A stretch of DNA of 64,000 nt, from positions 21,415-85,414 of the forward strand of contig JANMKN010000244.1 of assembly GCA_031372065.1 (NCBI GenBank), given 5' to 3'. The notes beneath the pieces are model-generated. The model was given only the letters and a program-made list of their open reading frames with translations, did not search any database and had not been told where the DNA came from. This document shows positions 10,811 to 20,423 of this stretch, piece after piece. This stretch comes from Abditibacteriaceae bacterium. Its GTDB lineage: Bacteria > Armatimonadota > Abditibacteriia > Abditibacteriales > Abditibacteriaceae. A program made the translations under genes and the position numbers. Positions within the stretch are counted from its first letter, which is position 1. The number at the start of each line of letters is the position of its first letter.

Positions 10811-12006
10811 AACTCACCGCGCCTCAAGCACTGTTGTGTGCTGCTGTGGCTGACACACTGCCGTCGGAACGCGCTGCTGCTGTAGCGCAATTACGAGCGA
10901 CTTTGGGCGACGAAGCCACGTTTGCTTTGGGCCAGACTAACGATGTTGCCACGCTTTTAGCGCACTCGCTACTGGAGATTGATAGCGATGCGTCCCTATC
11001 GCCGCTTGCTGTTGGAACGTCGGGCGAAAATAGTCTGCCTGAACACTGGCGCGAGGCGCATACACAGTTGCAGCGGCGTTTGTCGGCTTATTTGACAGAG
11101 ATGGATCGAGTCGCTGCGGCGCTGTCTCAAGCGGGCATTTCCATGGTGGCGCTCAAGAATGCAGGCATTGCCCGTGGCATCTACCCGTGCCCTGCCTGCT
11201 GCCCAATGGGTGATTTGGATGTTCTTGTCGAAAAGAAAAACTTCCGCCAAGCACACGCTATCATGCTTGCAAATGACTATCACTTTGAATTCCGCAGCCC
11301 TTTGGAGGAAGCTGAATTACAAGCCGCTGAAGAAGGTGGCGGTGCCGAATATTGGAAGATTTTGCCGGACGGTGAAAAATTATGGTTTGAGTTGCAGTGG
11401 CGGCCCGTGGCTGGCCGCTGGATTCGCCCAGATCAGGAACCGCCTGCGGAAGTTTTGATGGCACGCTCGGTGCCCATTTCCGGCACGGCGGTGCGACTTT
11501 TGGCACCGCAGGACAACTTATTGCAAGTGGCGCTGCACACCGCCAAACACACTTATGTGCGGGCACCGGGTTATCGTTTGCACACCGATGTTGACCGCAT
11601 TGTGCGTCGCCAACCCATTGACTGGGACTCTTTTGTTGCTCAGGTTAAGGCGCTGCAAGTCAAAACCGCAGTATATTTTTCGCTGGCAATACCCCGCGCC
11701 TTGTTTCACACACCGATTCCTGATGAAGTGCTGGAGAGTTTGCGCCCGCCAAGCTGGAAAGAGCGCTTAATGAGCCGATGGCTGCAACGCGCTGGCATTT
11801 TTAATCCCGATGAACGCAAGTTCAGCAAGCTCGGTTTCATTTGCTTTACCATGCTGCTTTATGATGATTTGGGCGGATTGCGCCGCGCCGCTTTACCAGA
11901 CCGAGAATGGATGCGTGTGCATTATGCCGGTCAAGAAAATGTTGCGCTGCCACGCCTTTACTGGCGCCGTTTGCTCAATCTTGTGAGCAAACGCAACGCG
12001 ACTTGA
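10798..12006 (+). CDS. Nucleotidyltransferase-superfamily protein (NTP_transf_5-like)
   Basis: VALKNAG...PMGDLDVLV and LHTAKH; start moved to ATG 10798 because the track start lies deep in the upstream gene. Confidence 0.75.
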   Translation: MQGLKLTAPQALLCAAVADTLPSERAAAVAQLRATLGDEATFALGQTNDVATLLAHSLLEIDSDASLSPLAVGTSGENSLPEHWREAHTQLQRRLSAYLTEMDRVAAALSQAGISMVALKNAGIARGIYPCPACCPMGDLDVLVEKKNFRQAHAIMLANDYHFEFRSPLEEAELQAAEEGGGAEYWKILPDGEKLWFELQWRPVAGRWIRPDQEPPAEVLMARSVPISGTAVRLLAPQDNLLQVALHTAKHTYVRAPGYRLHTDVDRIVRRQPIDWDSFVAQVKALQVKTAVYFSLAIPRALFHTPIPDEVLESLRPPSWKERLMSRWLQRAGIFNPDERKFSKLGFICFTMLLYDDLGGLRRAALPDREWMRVHYAGQENVALPRLYWRRLLNLVSKRNAT

Positions 12007-12043
12007 GATTATTGACGGGTTGCGCTTGCTATTTTTTGAGACG

Positions 12044-12670
12044 ATGACTAACCAATTTTATCGCCGTTTCGGCAAACGCCTTTTCGACTTGGTGCTGACG
12101 GTGCCTGCGCTGATCGTGTTGGCACCGTTACTGGCGTTAGTGGCCTTGGCGGCGCGACTTAAATTAGGGACGCCCGTGCTGTTTTGCCAAGAACGGCCCG
12201 GTCTTAACGAACGGCTTTTCGTGATGAAGAAATTCCGTTCTATGCGCGATGCTCTTGACGAAGCAGGAGAACCGCTACCGGATGCTGAACGCTTGACGGA
12301 TTTCGGACGCTTTTTGCGTAGCACCAGCTTGGACGAACTGCCAGAACTTTTCAATGTGTTGCGAGGACAAATGAGTTTGGTAGGGCCTCGGCCACTCTTG
12401 GTGCGCTATCTTGATCTCTACTCACCGGCGCAAAAGCGGCGGCACGAAGTTCGTCCCGGATTGACGGGATGGGCACAAGTCAATGGGCGAAACGCGTTGG
12501 CATGGGAAGAAAAATTCGCGCTCGACATATGGTATGTCGAGCATCTTGGTTTTTGGCTTGACGTTAAAATCCTCATCTTGACTGTTATCAAAATGCTCCA
12601 CCGCGAGGGGATAAGCCAGCCTGGGCAGGCCACTATGGAGGAGTTTCGCGGAACCGGGCCTTCGCTATAA
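12044..12670 (+). CDS. Initiating phosphoglycosyltransferase (PglC/EpsL-like)
   Basis: KRLFD, KFRSM, SLDELPELFNVLRGQMSLVGPRP, RPGLTGWAQVNGRN; ATG 12044 preferred. Confidence 0.92.
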   Translation: MTNQFYRRFGKRLFDLVLTVPALIVLAPLLALVALAARLKLGTPVLFCQERPGLNERLFVMKKFRSMRDALDEAGEPLPDAERLTDFGRFLRSTSLDELPELFNVLRGQMSLVGPRPLLVRYLDLYSPAQKRRHEVRPGLTGWAQVNGRNALAWEEKFALDIWYVEHLGFWLDVKILILTVIKMLHREGISQPGQATMEEFRGTGPSL

Positions 12671-12723
12671 TTAGTGCCAACCAGAGCAATGTCAAGGCAA
12701 CGCAGCAAGGGGAAAATGAAATC

Positions 12724-13809
12724 ATGAAAATCATACATATTATTGGAGCGCGGCCCAATTTCATGAAAGCTGCTCCTGTGATCCGGGCTTTAGATGCTTA
12801 TGCGGAGATTGAGCAGACCAGTGTTCATACCGGACAGCATTATGACACGGCCATGTCCCAGATTTTTTTTGAGCAATTGGAGTTGCCTCGGCCTGATGTT
12901 AATCTGGAAGTGGGTTCCGGGTCACATGCAATTCAAACGGCTCAGGTTATGATCCGCTTTGAAGAATATGTGCAGGACAAGCGTCCCGATTGGGTGTTGG
13001 TTTATGGTGATATAAATTCCACTGTGGCAGCAGCCTTAGTAAGCGCCAAAATGATGATTCCTGTGGCGCACATTGAAGCCGGGTTGCGCTCTTTTGATTT
13101 GTCTATGCCGGAAGAAATCAACCGTATTGTGACGGATCGGCTCGCCAGTTTGCTTTTCACACCCTCTATGGATGGAAATGAAAACCTCTTGCGCGAAGGT
13201 GTGACGGGCGACAAGATTCACATGGTCGGCAATGTGATGATTGATACGCTGATACGGATGTTGCCGAAAGCTGAGGCGCAATGGGAGCGTTTAAGTTCCA
13301 CACTTGATATCCAAGGCGAGTATGGATTAGTGACGCTGCATCGTCCCAGCAATGTGGATGAGGTAGATGTTTTATTTGACCTCATCAAAGCACTCAATGC
13401 AATCAGTCAAGATTTACCTTTGATTTTCCCCGTGCATCCGCGCACACGAGTGCGCATGGAAAATCAGGGTTTAAATCTTTCTGCTACGCAATTGCGCTTC
13501 GTTGAACCTTTAGGTTATCTGGAGTTTCTTGCACTTCAAAAGCGCGCTGCTGTAGTTATTACTGATTCTGGTGGCATTCAGGAAGAAACGACTTTTCTTG
13601 ATGTGCCTTGTCTGACGCTGCGCTCAAACACGGAGCGACCTGTGACCGTAACTTCTGGCACCAACAGACTAATAGGTAGTAATATGGAAGAGTTGCGCCG
13701 CGCAGTCGGCCAAGTTTTGAATGGAGAAAGAAAGCAGGGATTGATTCCTCCTTTGTGGGATGGTAAAGCCGGCGAGCGCATCGCGCGTATTTTAGCAAAA
13801 GCGGCGTAA
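12724..13809 (+). CDS. wecB: UDP-N-acetylglucosamine 2-epimerase (non-hydrolysing)
   Basis: GARPNFMK, HTGQHYD, HIEAGLRS, TDSGGIQEE. Confidence 0.95.
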   Translation: MKIIHIIGARPNFMKAAPVIRALDAYAEIEQTSVHTGQHYDTAMSQIFFEQLELPRPDVNLEVGSGSHAIQTAQVMIRFEEYVQDKRPDWVLVYGDINSTVAAALVSAKMMIPVAHIEAGLRSFDLSMPEEINRIVTDRLASLLFTPSMDGNENLLREGVTGDKIHMVGNVMIDTLIRMLPKAEAQWERLSSTLDIQGEYGLVTLHRPSNVDEVDVLFDLIKALNAISQDLPLIFPVHPRTRVRMENQGLNLSATQLRFVEPLGYLEFLALQKRAAVVITDSGGIQEETTFLDVPCLTLRSNTERPVTVTSGTNRLIGSNMEELRRAVGQVLNGERKQGLIPPLWDGKAGERIARILAKAA

Positions 13810-13827
13810 GTCCCTTGAGGCATTTTT

Positions 13828-14622
13828 ATGAATTTAGCGAAGTTATTGTGGGCTATTGTCGGACGCGTGCATATGGTGCCGGGCGCCCATGCTTTATATT
13901 CGGCCATTATGAATTTGGCTTATCGTGATGGACAACCTGTGCTGTTAAAGAGGAGTCCGGCCAAAGGTTATCGCTGGATGCATCGGCGTGGCTATCAAAC
14001 TTGGATGGCGATGGGCCTTTACGAGCCGCATGTAGCGCAATTGATTTTTGACTCGTTGAAATCGGGCGATGTCTTTTATGACATCGGCGCCAATGCCGGT
14101 TATTTTACTTTGGTGGCCGCCAAAGCCGTGGGCGCTCAGGGACAAGTCGTCGCTTTTGATCCTCATCCTGATAATGTGAAATTGGTTCAAGAGCAGATTA
14201 ATCTTAACCGACTGGAAAATATATGCGTTGTGGAACCTTTGGCTGTTTCCGGCGAAAAGGGAACCTTTCAATTTGTGTTAACGCCTCGCAGTGCCAACGC
14301 GCATCTTGAGAAAGTGGGAGCGCCTCATGTGCGCGTCGGAGGACGCACCGTTGAAGTGGGCGCCATAACGCTTGATGAATATGTTCAAGATCATCGCTTC
14401 CCGACGCTCATAAAAATGGACATCGAAGGTGCCGAAGTCGCGGCAATGGAAGGCGCCCGCAGCCTTTTATCGCATCCGCAGGCGCCGGAATTTTTGGTAT
14501 CCACTCACAGTCAGGCATTGGAAGAAGGCGTCAAGAAAATCCTCAGTGAACACGGCTACACATTTCGTAACTTGGAAGGCTTTGAGCAAATGGTTTGTGC
14601 TGTGCCGCCCCACAAGAATTGA
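13828..14622 (+). CDS. FkbM-family methyltransferase
   Basis: YDIGANAGYF and IKMDIEGAE. Confidence 0.9.
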   Translation: MNLAKLLWAIVGRVHMVPGAHALYSAIMNLAYRDGQPVLLKRSPAKGYRWMHRRGYQTWMAMGLYEPHVAQLIFDSLKSGDVFYDIGANAGYFTLVAAKAVGAQGQVVAFDPHPDNVKLVQEQINLNRLENICVVEPLAVSGEKGTFQFVLTPRSANAHLEKVGAPHVRVGGRTVEVGAITLDEYVQDHRFPTLIKMDIEGAEVAAMEGARSLLSHPQAPEFLVSTHSQALEEGVKKILSEHGYTFRNLEGFEQMVCAVPPHKN

Positions 14623-14625
14623 CAA

Positions 14626-15627
14626 TTGCCCCTTATGTTAAATGTTCTTTTTTCCAGTGCCGGGCGTCGCGTGGAATTGTTGCGCACCTTTCGCCGCGCT
14701 TACGAAACATTGGCGTTGGAAGGCCGCATCGTCGCCATTGACATTGATCCCTTGGCTCCGGCGCTGCACGTGGCTGACCGCACTTTTATCGTGCCGCGTT
14801 TGAATCAGCCCGATTACATTCCCACTTTAGTGGAAATTTGCCAGCGCGAATCTATCGGCTTAATTTTTCCGTTGATTGACCCGGATATTGCCATTTTAGC
14901 GCGCCATCGCGCCGCTTTTGAAGCGGTTGGAACGCGCGTTGCGGCAGTCACGCCCGAAGCCAGTGCCATCACCGATGACAAATGGCGCACGCTGGAATTT
15001 TTCCAAGGTCTTGGTGTGACAACGCCCCGTTCGTGGTTGCCAAACGATGAATCCTTGGCGGACGCCGAATTTCCCCTGTTCATCAAGCCGCGCGGCGGAA
15101 GCGCGGCACAGAACACCTTTAAAGTGCGCAATGCGCGTGAATTGGATTTTTTCAAGCAATACGTTCCTGATCCGATTATTCAGGAATTCTTGCCCGGCCC
15201 GGAAATCACCAATGATGTTGTGTGTGACATGGAAGGTGAACTGCTTGGCGTCATTTCGCGCGAACGCATCGAAGTGCGTTGGGGCGAAGTGGCGAAGGGT
15301 GTGACAGTGTGGGATGAGGCCATGGCACAGGCTTGTGTCAAAGTGGCGCGGGCGCTGCCTGCGATTGGGCCGATAACCGTGCAGTGCATGATGAAAAACG
15401 GCGTGCCGCATTGGACGGAAATCAACGCGCGTTTGGGTGGCGGTTTCCCATTGGCTGTGGCTGCCGGCGCGGATGCACCTCTTTGGTTGTTATCGCGCGC
15501 TGCCGGGCTGGATTTTGAAGTGCCGCCGCTCGGCAATTATCAAACTGGATTATATTTAACCCGCTACGACGATTCGTTTTTGCTAACCGAGGCCCAACGT
15601 GAACAAATGGCAAGCCGTCGTCTTTGA
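14626..15627 (+). CDS. ATP-grasp ligase (carbamoyl-phosphate-synthase-like type found in glycan loci)
   Basis: SAGRRV, DKW, FIKPRGGS, IQEFLPGPE, EINARLGGG. Confidence 0.88.
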   Translation: MPLMLNVLFSSAGRRVELLRTFRRAYETLALEGRIVAIDIDPLAPALHVADRTFIVPRLNQPDYIPTLVEICQRESIGLIFPLIDPDIAILARHRAAFEAVGTRVAAVTPEASAITDDKWRTLEFFQGLGVTTPRSWLPNDESLADAEFPLFIKPRGGSAAQNTFKVRNARELDFFKQYVPDPIIQEFLPGPEITNDVVCDMEGELLGVISRERIEVRWGEVAKGVTVWDEAMAQACVKVARALPAIGPITVQCMMKNGVPHWTEINARLGGGFPLAVAAGADAPLWLLSRAAGLDFEVPPLGNYQTGLYLTRYDDSFLLTEAQREQMASRRL

Positions 15628-16300
15628 TTTGGATGATACGCTTTATCCCGAACGCGATTATGTCTTAAGCGGCTTTAATGCAGTGACCAACTGGGCCGAA
15701 ACAGCCCTTGATATTCCGGCGCAGCAAGGCTTTGCCGAATTATCGGCGCTTTTTGAAAGCGGCGTGCGCGGCGATACTTTTAATAGTTGGTTAGTCGCGC
15801 ATCAAATCGCGCCGAAAGGCGATTTAATCGGCCAATTAGTCAAGGTTTACCGCGAACATGAGCCGAAACTCATGCCTTTTCCTGAAATTCCACTGCTGCT
15901 TGAGCGCTTGAATAAACGTTGCAAATTAGGTCTGGTCAGTGATGGCTATTTGGATGTGCAGCGCAAAAAATGGGCGGCGTTGAAATTGCAAAGCTATTTT
16001 CAAGGCGTTGTATTCTCTGATGAACTGGGCCGTGAATGTTGGAAACCCAGTGCCAAACCCTTTGAATTGGTGGCGCAGCGCTTGGAAATTGAACCTTCAA
16101 GCGCGATTTATGTGGCCGATAATCCGAAAAAAGATTTCCCCGGCGCGCATGAGGTCGGAATGTCTACCATTTGGCTGCGTCGCTCCGGCGGCGAATATAG
16201 CGATTTAGAACCGCCAACACCGCAACACGCACCGCGTTTGACGTTGACTTCGTTTTCCGAACTGATTGAATTCTTTGAAGCACAGGAGTTACTATTTTGA
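15599..16300 (+). CDS. HAD-family hydrolase
   Basis: VFDLDDTLY, KPS, YVADNPKKDF. Confidence 0.9.
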   Translation: MNKWQAVVFDLDDTLYPERDYVLSGFNAVTNWAETALDIPAQQGFAELSALFESGVRGDTFNSWLVAHQIAPKGDLIGQLVKVYREHEPKLMPFPEIPLLLERLNKRCKLGLVSDGYLDVQRKKWAALKLQSYFQGVVFSDELGRECWKPSAKPFELVAQRLEIEPSSAIYVADNPKKDFPGAHEVGMSTIWLRRSGGEYSDLEPPTPQHAPRLTLTSFSELIEFFEAQELLF

Positions 16301-17460
16301 CTTTACCGGACGCCGCGTCATCAAATAATCCCAAACCCGCACGCATTTACCTGTCGCCGCCACACATGGGTGACGATGAATTGAAACTCGTTCAGGAAGT
16401 TTTTGAATCCAATTGGATTGCGCCACTTGGCCCCGCAGTCAACCAGTTCGAGGTTGAACTGGCGAATTGGGCCGGTGTGAAGCACGCGGCTGCTCTTTCA
16501 TCGGGCACGGCGGCCATGCATTTGGCCCTGCGTCTGCTGGGATTGCAGCGTGGTGAAGAAGTGCTTTGCTCTTCGTTCACGTTCATCGCCAGCGCCAGTC
16601 CGATTATCTACGAAGGCGGCGTGCCGGTTTTTATAGATTCGGAAGCATCGTCGTGGAATCTTGACCCTGATTTACTGCGCGAAGAATTAAGCGCCTGCGC
16701 ACAGCGCGGAAAACTGCCGCGCGCTGTGATTAGCGTTGATTTATATGGTCAATGCGCCGACTATGACCGTATTTTGGCCGTTTGCAACGATTTTGAGGTG
16801 CCTTTACTCGAAGATGCTGCTGAGGCGTTGGGCGCGACTTACAAAGGACAGCAGGCGGGCAGTTTCGGGCGCGCGGCGGCTTTTTCGTTCAATGGCAACA
16901 AAATCATCACGACATCGGGCGGCGGGATGTTGGCATCTGACGATGAGATGATGATCGAAAAAGCGCGTTTTTATGCGACACAGGCGCGCGACGAAGCGCC
17001 GCACTATCAGCATTCGGAAATAGGCTACAACTATCGCATGAGCAATATCTTGGCGGCCATCGGATTGGGTCAATTGCGCGTTTTGCAGCAGCGTATTGAT
17101 CGCCGTCGAGAGATTTTTGAATTCTATTCGCAGGCCCTCGGCGATTTGCCGGGTGTGCAATTTATGCCCATTGCGGCTTATGGAAAGCCGAATTATTGGC
17201 TGACTTGTTTGACCATTGACCCGGCGCAGTCGGGTGGGGTAACACGCGAAAAAGTTTGGGCAAAATTAAACGAAGAAAACATCGAGTCGCGCCCGTTGTG
17301 GAAGCCTCTGCATATGCAACCGGTGTTTGAAGGTTGCCGGATGCGCGGCGGCGTTTTTTGTGAAATGGTTTTCGCGCATGGCCTTTGCTTGCCGAGTGGC
17401 ACGCGAATGGCCCCCAGCGACTTGGAACGTATTGCAAACCTTGTGCGCCAACAGTGGTGA
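16297..17460 (+). CDS. DegT/DnrJ-family sugar aminotransferase (PglE/EpsN-like)
   Basis: IYLSPPHM, SSGTAAMHLAL, EDAAEALG, SFNGNKIITTSGGG. Confidence 0.93.
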   Translation: MTLPDAASSNNPKPARIYLSPPHMGDDELKLVQEVFESNWIAPLGPAVNQFEVELANWAGVKHAAALSSGTAAMHLALRLLGLQRGEEVLCSSFTFIASASPIIYEGGVPVFIDSEASSWNLDPDLLREELSACAQRGKLPRAVISVDLYGQCADYDRILAVCNDFEVPLLEDAAEALGATYKGQQAGSFGRAAAFSFNGNKIITTSGGGMLASDDEMMIEKARFYATQARDEAPHYQHSEIGYNYRMSNILAAIGLGQLRVLQQRIDRRREIFEFYSQALGDLPGVQFMPIAAYGKPNYWLTCLTIDPAQSGGVTREKVWAKLNEENIESRPLWKPLHMQPVFEGCRMRGGVFCEMVFAHGLCLPSGTRMAPSDLERIANLVRQQW

Positions 17461-17525
17461 TCTGTAAAGGTCACTAAAGTGTCATTGAACCGAAAAATCG
17501 CACGCCGCGTCTGCCGCACATCTCA

Positions 17526-20009
17526 ATGGATAGTTCCAGGAAGAAAATCATGAAACGAATGGCGATATTTTCCGGTTTTGCAGCCGGGGCAGCGGCGTTG
17601 GCATTTTTTGCCCAAAAAGCACCTGCCGTCCAATTGACAGTCCCCAATCCGAGTTTTGAACAGCGCGATCCGCAAAATCCAGATCAACCATTGGGTTATA
17701 GCCCCGTGAAAAATAATGCGGTTAATGGTGTGCTATGGGATCAGCGCGCGGCGCATACCGGACGCGCTTCGCTGTATGTGCGCAATGATAGCCCCGAAAA
17801 TGCTTTGTGGCAATTGACAGGTGGTCTCGATATTGTGCCCGGCCTGAAATATAAAGTTTCAATTTGGATAAAAACGCGCGAGGCGACTGGCTATAGCGGC
17901 GTGAGCGTGCGTTACCGTGCGGGGAATCAGTGGCTCAATGCGCCCTTGGGTTTGGGCGATGGCGAAGAAGCTAACACCAATTGGCATCAGTCTACAATTA
18001 CAATTGAGCCTCCTGATAACGCGAATTCAGTGTCCTTGTTTTTTGGTAATGGCCAAGGGCAGGGTGGGGAAGTGTGGTTTGATGATCTTTCTGTAACCAG
18101 CGCCTTAGATTCGGAAGTCAGCGAACGTTTGCCCGCCATGATGCAGAAAAATGATGCCTTGTTAAATCAACCCGACGACGGCACGCCGACAGGCCGGACG
18201 CGGCGCAGTCAGGCCGATCAATGGCGTCGTCGTGCTGGTGATTTTCAACGTCGTGCGGCGCACCCCGGCGGCTCAAAAGAAGAATTGACCTCACTTTCTA
18301 AAGAATGGGCAGCGCTCAACAGTGAATACGAGGAAACCCAGCGTTTGGGCGCGACCAACAATACCGTGCGCGAGTGGAGCCAGAAGATTCCCGGCCAAGC
18401 CGGAAAACCTGTGCCCTATGTTGCCGGTTGGGAAAATTCAGTAACCCGCGTTTGGTTGCGTGACATCGCTAATAGTTTGCAAATCAGTCCGGTGGGGCAC
18501 ATTGACGCCGCACGCGGTGAAACCGAGGCCATTCAACTGGGAGTTATGGCCGTCAACGCGCCGCTGAACGATGTTCGCGTTAATGTCGGCGATTTGGCTG
18601 GCGCTACGGGACGTATCGCCGGTGCCGTTACGCTGCATCCCGTCGGTTCTGTCAAAATTGAGCAGCCTAACACTGCTGGCAGACAGGTGATAGAACGCGA
18701 TTATCGCGGCTGGTGGCCGGATATTTTGCTGAATAATTTCGCCTTCGATGTGGCTCAAGGCGACACCGTTCCCGTTTGGATTTCGGTGACCATTCCACGC
18801 AACGCGCAGCCGGGAATTTACACGGCTCCTGTGGACATTGCCCCTGCTAATGCGGCGCCGGTGCGCTTGAATCTGGAAGTGCAAGTGTGGAATGTTGATT
18901 TGCCCGCGCAATGGCATTTTCGCAATATCATGAGTTTCAATCTGGATTTTGCTAAGGACTTCTATGAAGAGCAGTGGTCACCTGAGCTGCGCCAGAAGTT
19001 CTTGGAGTTCTTGACGGCGCGGCGCATTAATCTGACTACGCTTTATAAGGAGAACTTCACTTGGGACGAAATCAGCCGCGCTTTGTATGCTGGACAAAAC
19101 ACCGTAGTTGTTGATGCTATTCCACCCAATGTCGCTCTGGTGCCGGGCGCCAAAGTTCAATTAGCGCCCGCTGAACAAGCAAAGGTTAATAAAGCTTTAG
19201 ATGATTGGGTTCCACGCTTGCGCCAACTGGGATGGTTAGACCGCGCGCTGTTTTATGGTTTTGATGAAGTGCATTCTCGCAAAGAGTTTGAAACGGCGCA
19301 ACACGTTTTGGGTGCAATTAAACAGCGCTATCCCGGCTTGCAAACCATATCCACGATGAAAGATTCTACCTACGGTTTGCAGACCGGACTTACAGGGGTG
19401 GTTGATAATTTTGTCCCGCAGATGCCCTTTTACGATCCGCAAACTGCGGCGCAGGCCCGTCAACGTGGCACCAATGTTTGGTGGTATACAACTGATTGGA
19501 ATATGGAGCAGCCGCTATCGCGAAGCCGCCTTATTCCGTGGATGACAGCTAAAGTTGGCGTTGATGGTTTTGAGATTTGGGTCATCAATCGCTGGCGTGG
19601 CGAAGGTGGCGGAAGTGGTCAGAATCCTCGCCCGCGCAGCCAATGGGCTACCAATAATCAACTAGTGCAGAATCAGATTTTGAACGCATGGAATCCGGCA
19701 CTTGATGGCAAAAGCACCAATTCGACGGGCTGTTACTTGTATCCGGGTGTCAACGGTCCCTTATCGTCCCTGCGTCTCGAAAATTTCCGCGATGGCATTG
19801 AAGAATACGATTTGCTGGAGGCAGGTCGCCAGCGTTTGAACGCTTTGCGCCAGAAGGGCGGAAATGCCGCGAAAATCCAACAGTTATCGGCTGCTCTGCA
19901 AATCGAAGACAACTTTATTGCCGACGGCGATAAAGCCGATTATCGCCCTGAAGCGGTTTTGTTCCATCGCCAGCGTTTGTTGCAAGCCTTGGCCGCCACC
20001 GCGCAGTAA
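17526..20009 (+). CDS. Secreted carbohydrate-active protein: CBM4/9-like N-terminus plus DUF4091/GH123-like domain
   Basis: Signal peptide, NPSFE...VWFDD module, ARGETEAIQ, YGFDE, YPG...SSLRLENFRDGIEEYD. Confidence 0.7.
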   Translation: MDSSRKKIMKRMAIFSGFAAGAAALAFFAQKAPAVQLTVPNPSFEQRDPQNPDQPLGYSPVKNNAVNGVLWDQRAAHTGRASLYVRNDSPENALWQLTGGLDIVPGLKYKVSIWIKTREATGYSGVSVRYRAGNQWLNAPLGLGDGEEANTNWHQSTITIEPPDNANSVSLFFGNGQGQGGEVWFDDLSVTSALDSEVSERLPAMMQKNDALLNQPDDGTPTGRTRRSQADQWRRRAGDFQRRAAHPGGSKEELTSLSKEWAALNSEYEETQRLGATNNTVREWSQKIPGQAGKPVPYVAGWENSVTRVWLRDIANSLQISPVGHIDAARGETEAIQLGVMAVNAPLNDVRVNVGDLAGATGRIAGAVTLHPVGSVKIEQPNTAGRQVIERDYRGWWPDILLNNFAFDVAQGDTVPVWISVTIPRNAQPGIYTAPVDIAPANAAPVRLNLEVQVWNVDLPAQWHFRNIMSFNLDFAKDFYEEQWSPELRQKFLEFLTARRINLTTLYKENFTWDEISRALYAGQNTVVVDAIPPNVALVPGAKVQLAPAEQAKVNKALDDWVPRLRQLGWLDRALFYGFDEVHSRKEFETAQHVLGAIKQRYPGLQTISTMKDSTYGLQTGLTGVVDNFVPQMPFYDPQTAAQARQRGTNVWWYTTDWNMEQPLSRSRLIPWMTAKVGVDGFEIWVINRWRGEGGGSGQNPRPRSQWATNNQLVQNQILNAWNPALDGKSTNSTGCYLYPGVNGPLSSLRLENFRDGIEEYDLLEAGRQRLNALRQKGGNAAKIQQLSAALQIEDNFIADGDKADYRPEAVLFHRQRLLQALAATAQ

Positions 20010-20100
20010 GAAATGGAAATTGAAGCGGATTAGTGTGCATGGTAATCGCTTGTTCAAGCGATTACCATGCGAAGGATTATATTCTATAGTTTGCAGTGTG

Positions 20101-20166
20101 TTTAGAATTTTGCCGCAACGGGTATAATTAAAAAACAAATTTAAAAGTGGACAACTCTTTTGTCCA
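20101..20166 (+). promoter_or_regulatory. Candidate sigma70 promoter and downstream palindromic operator
   Basis: TTTAGA-16-TATAAT (20101-20128) and perfect TGGACAA-N5-TTGTCCA (20148-20166). Confidence 0.55.
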
Positions 20167-20423
20167 ATTGTCCGATTTGCTACCTCCATAGGGAGCGTAG
20201 TCCGTAGGTCGCTTCCAACGATCTATTCAGACTCAGCCAGATAATCAGGAAGTCTTTAAAGCACTTTTCGCTGGCCACGCCGCGAGGCTTTTTAGGATTA
20301 CTTTCTCACCTCGGCTTGTTGTCTGCTTAATTTTTCATCCCAATTTTAAGTGTTGTCATTGCCACCGGTTTTATCCCGGTTGTGCGATGCCACATCGCGT
20401 CGCTTCTGCGACGGAAGGAAATT

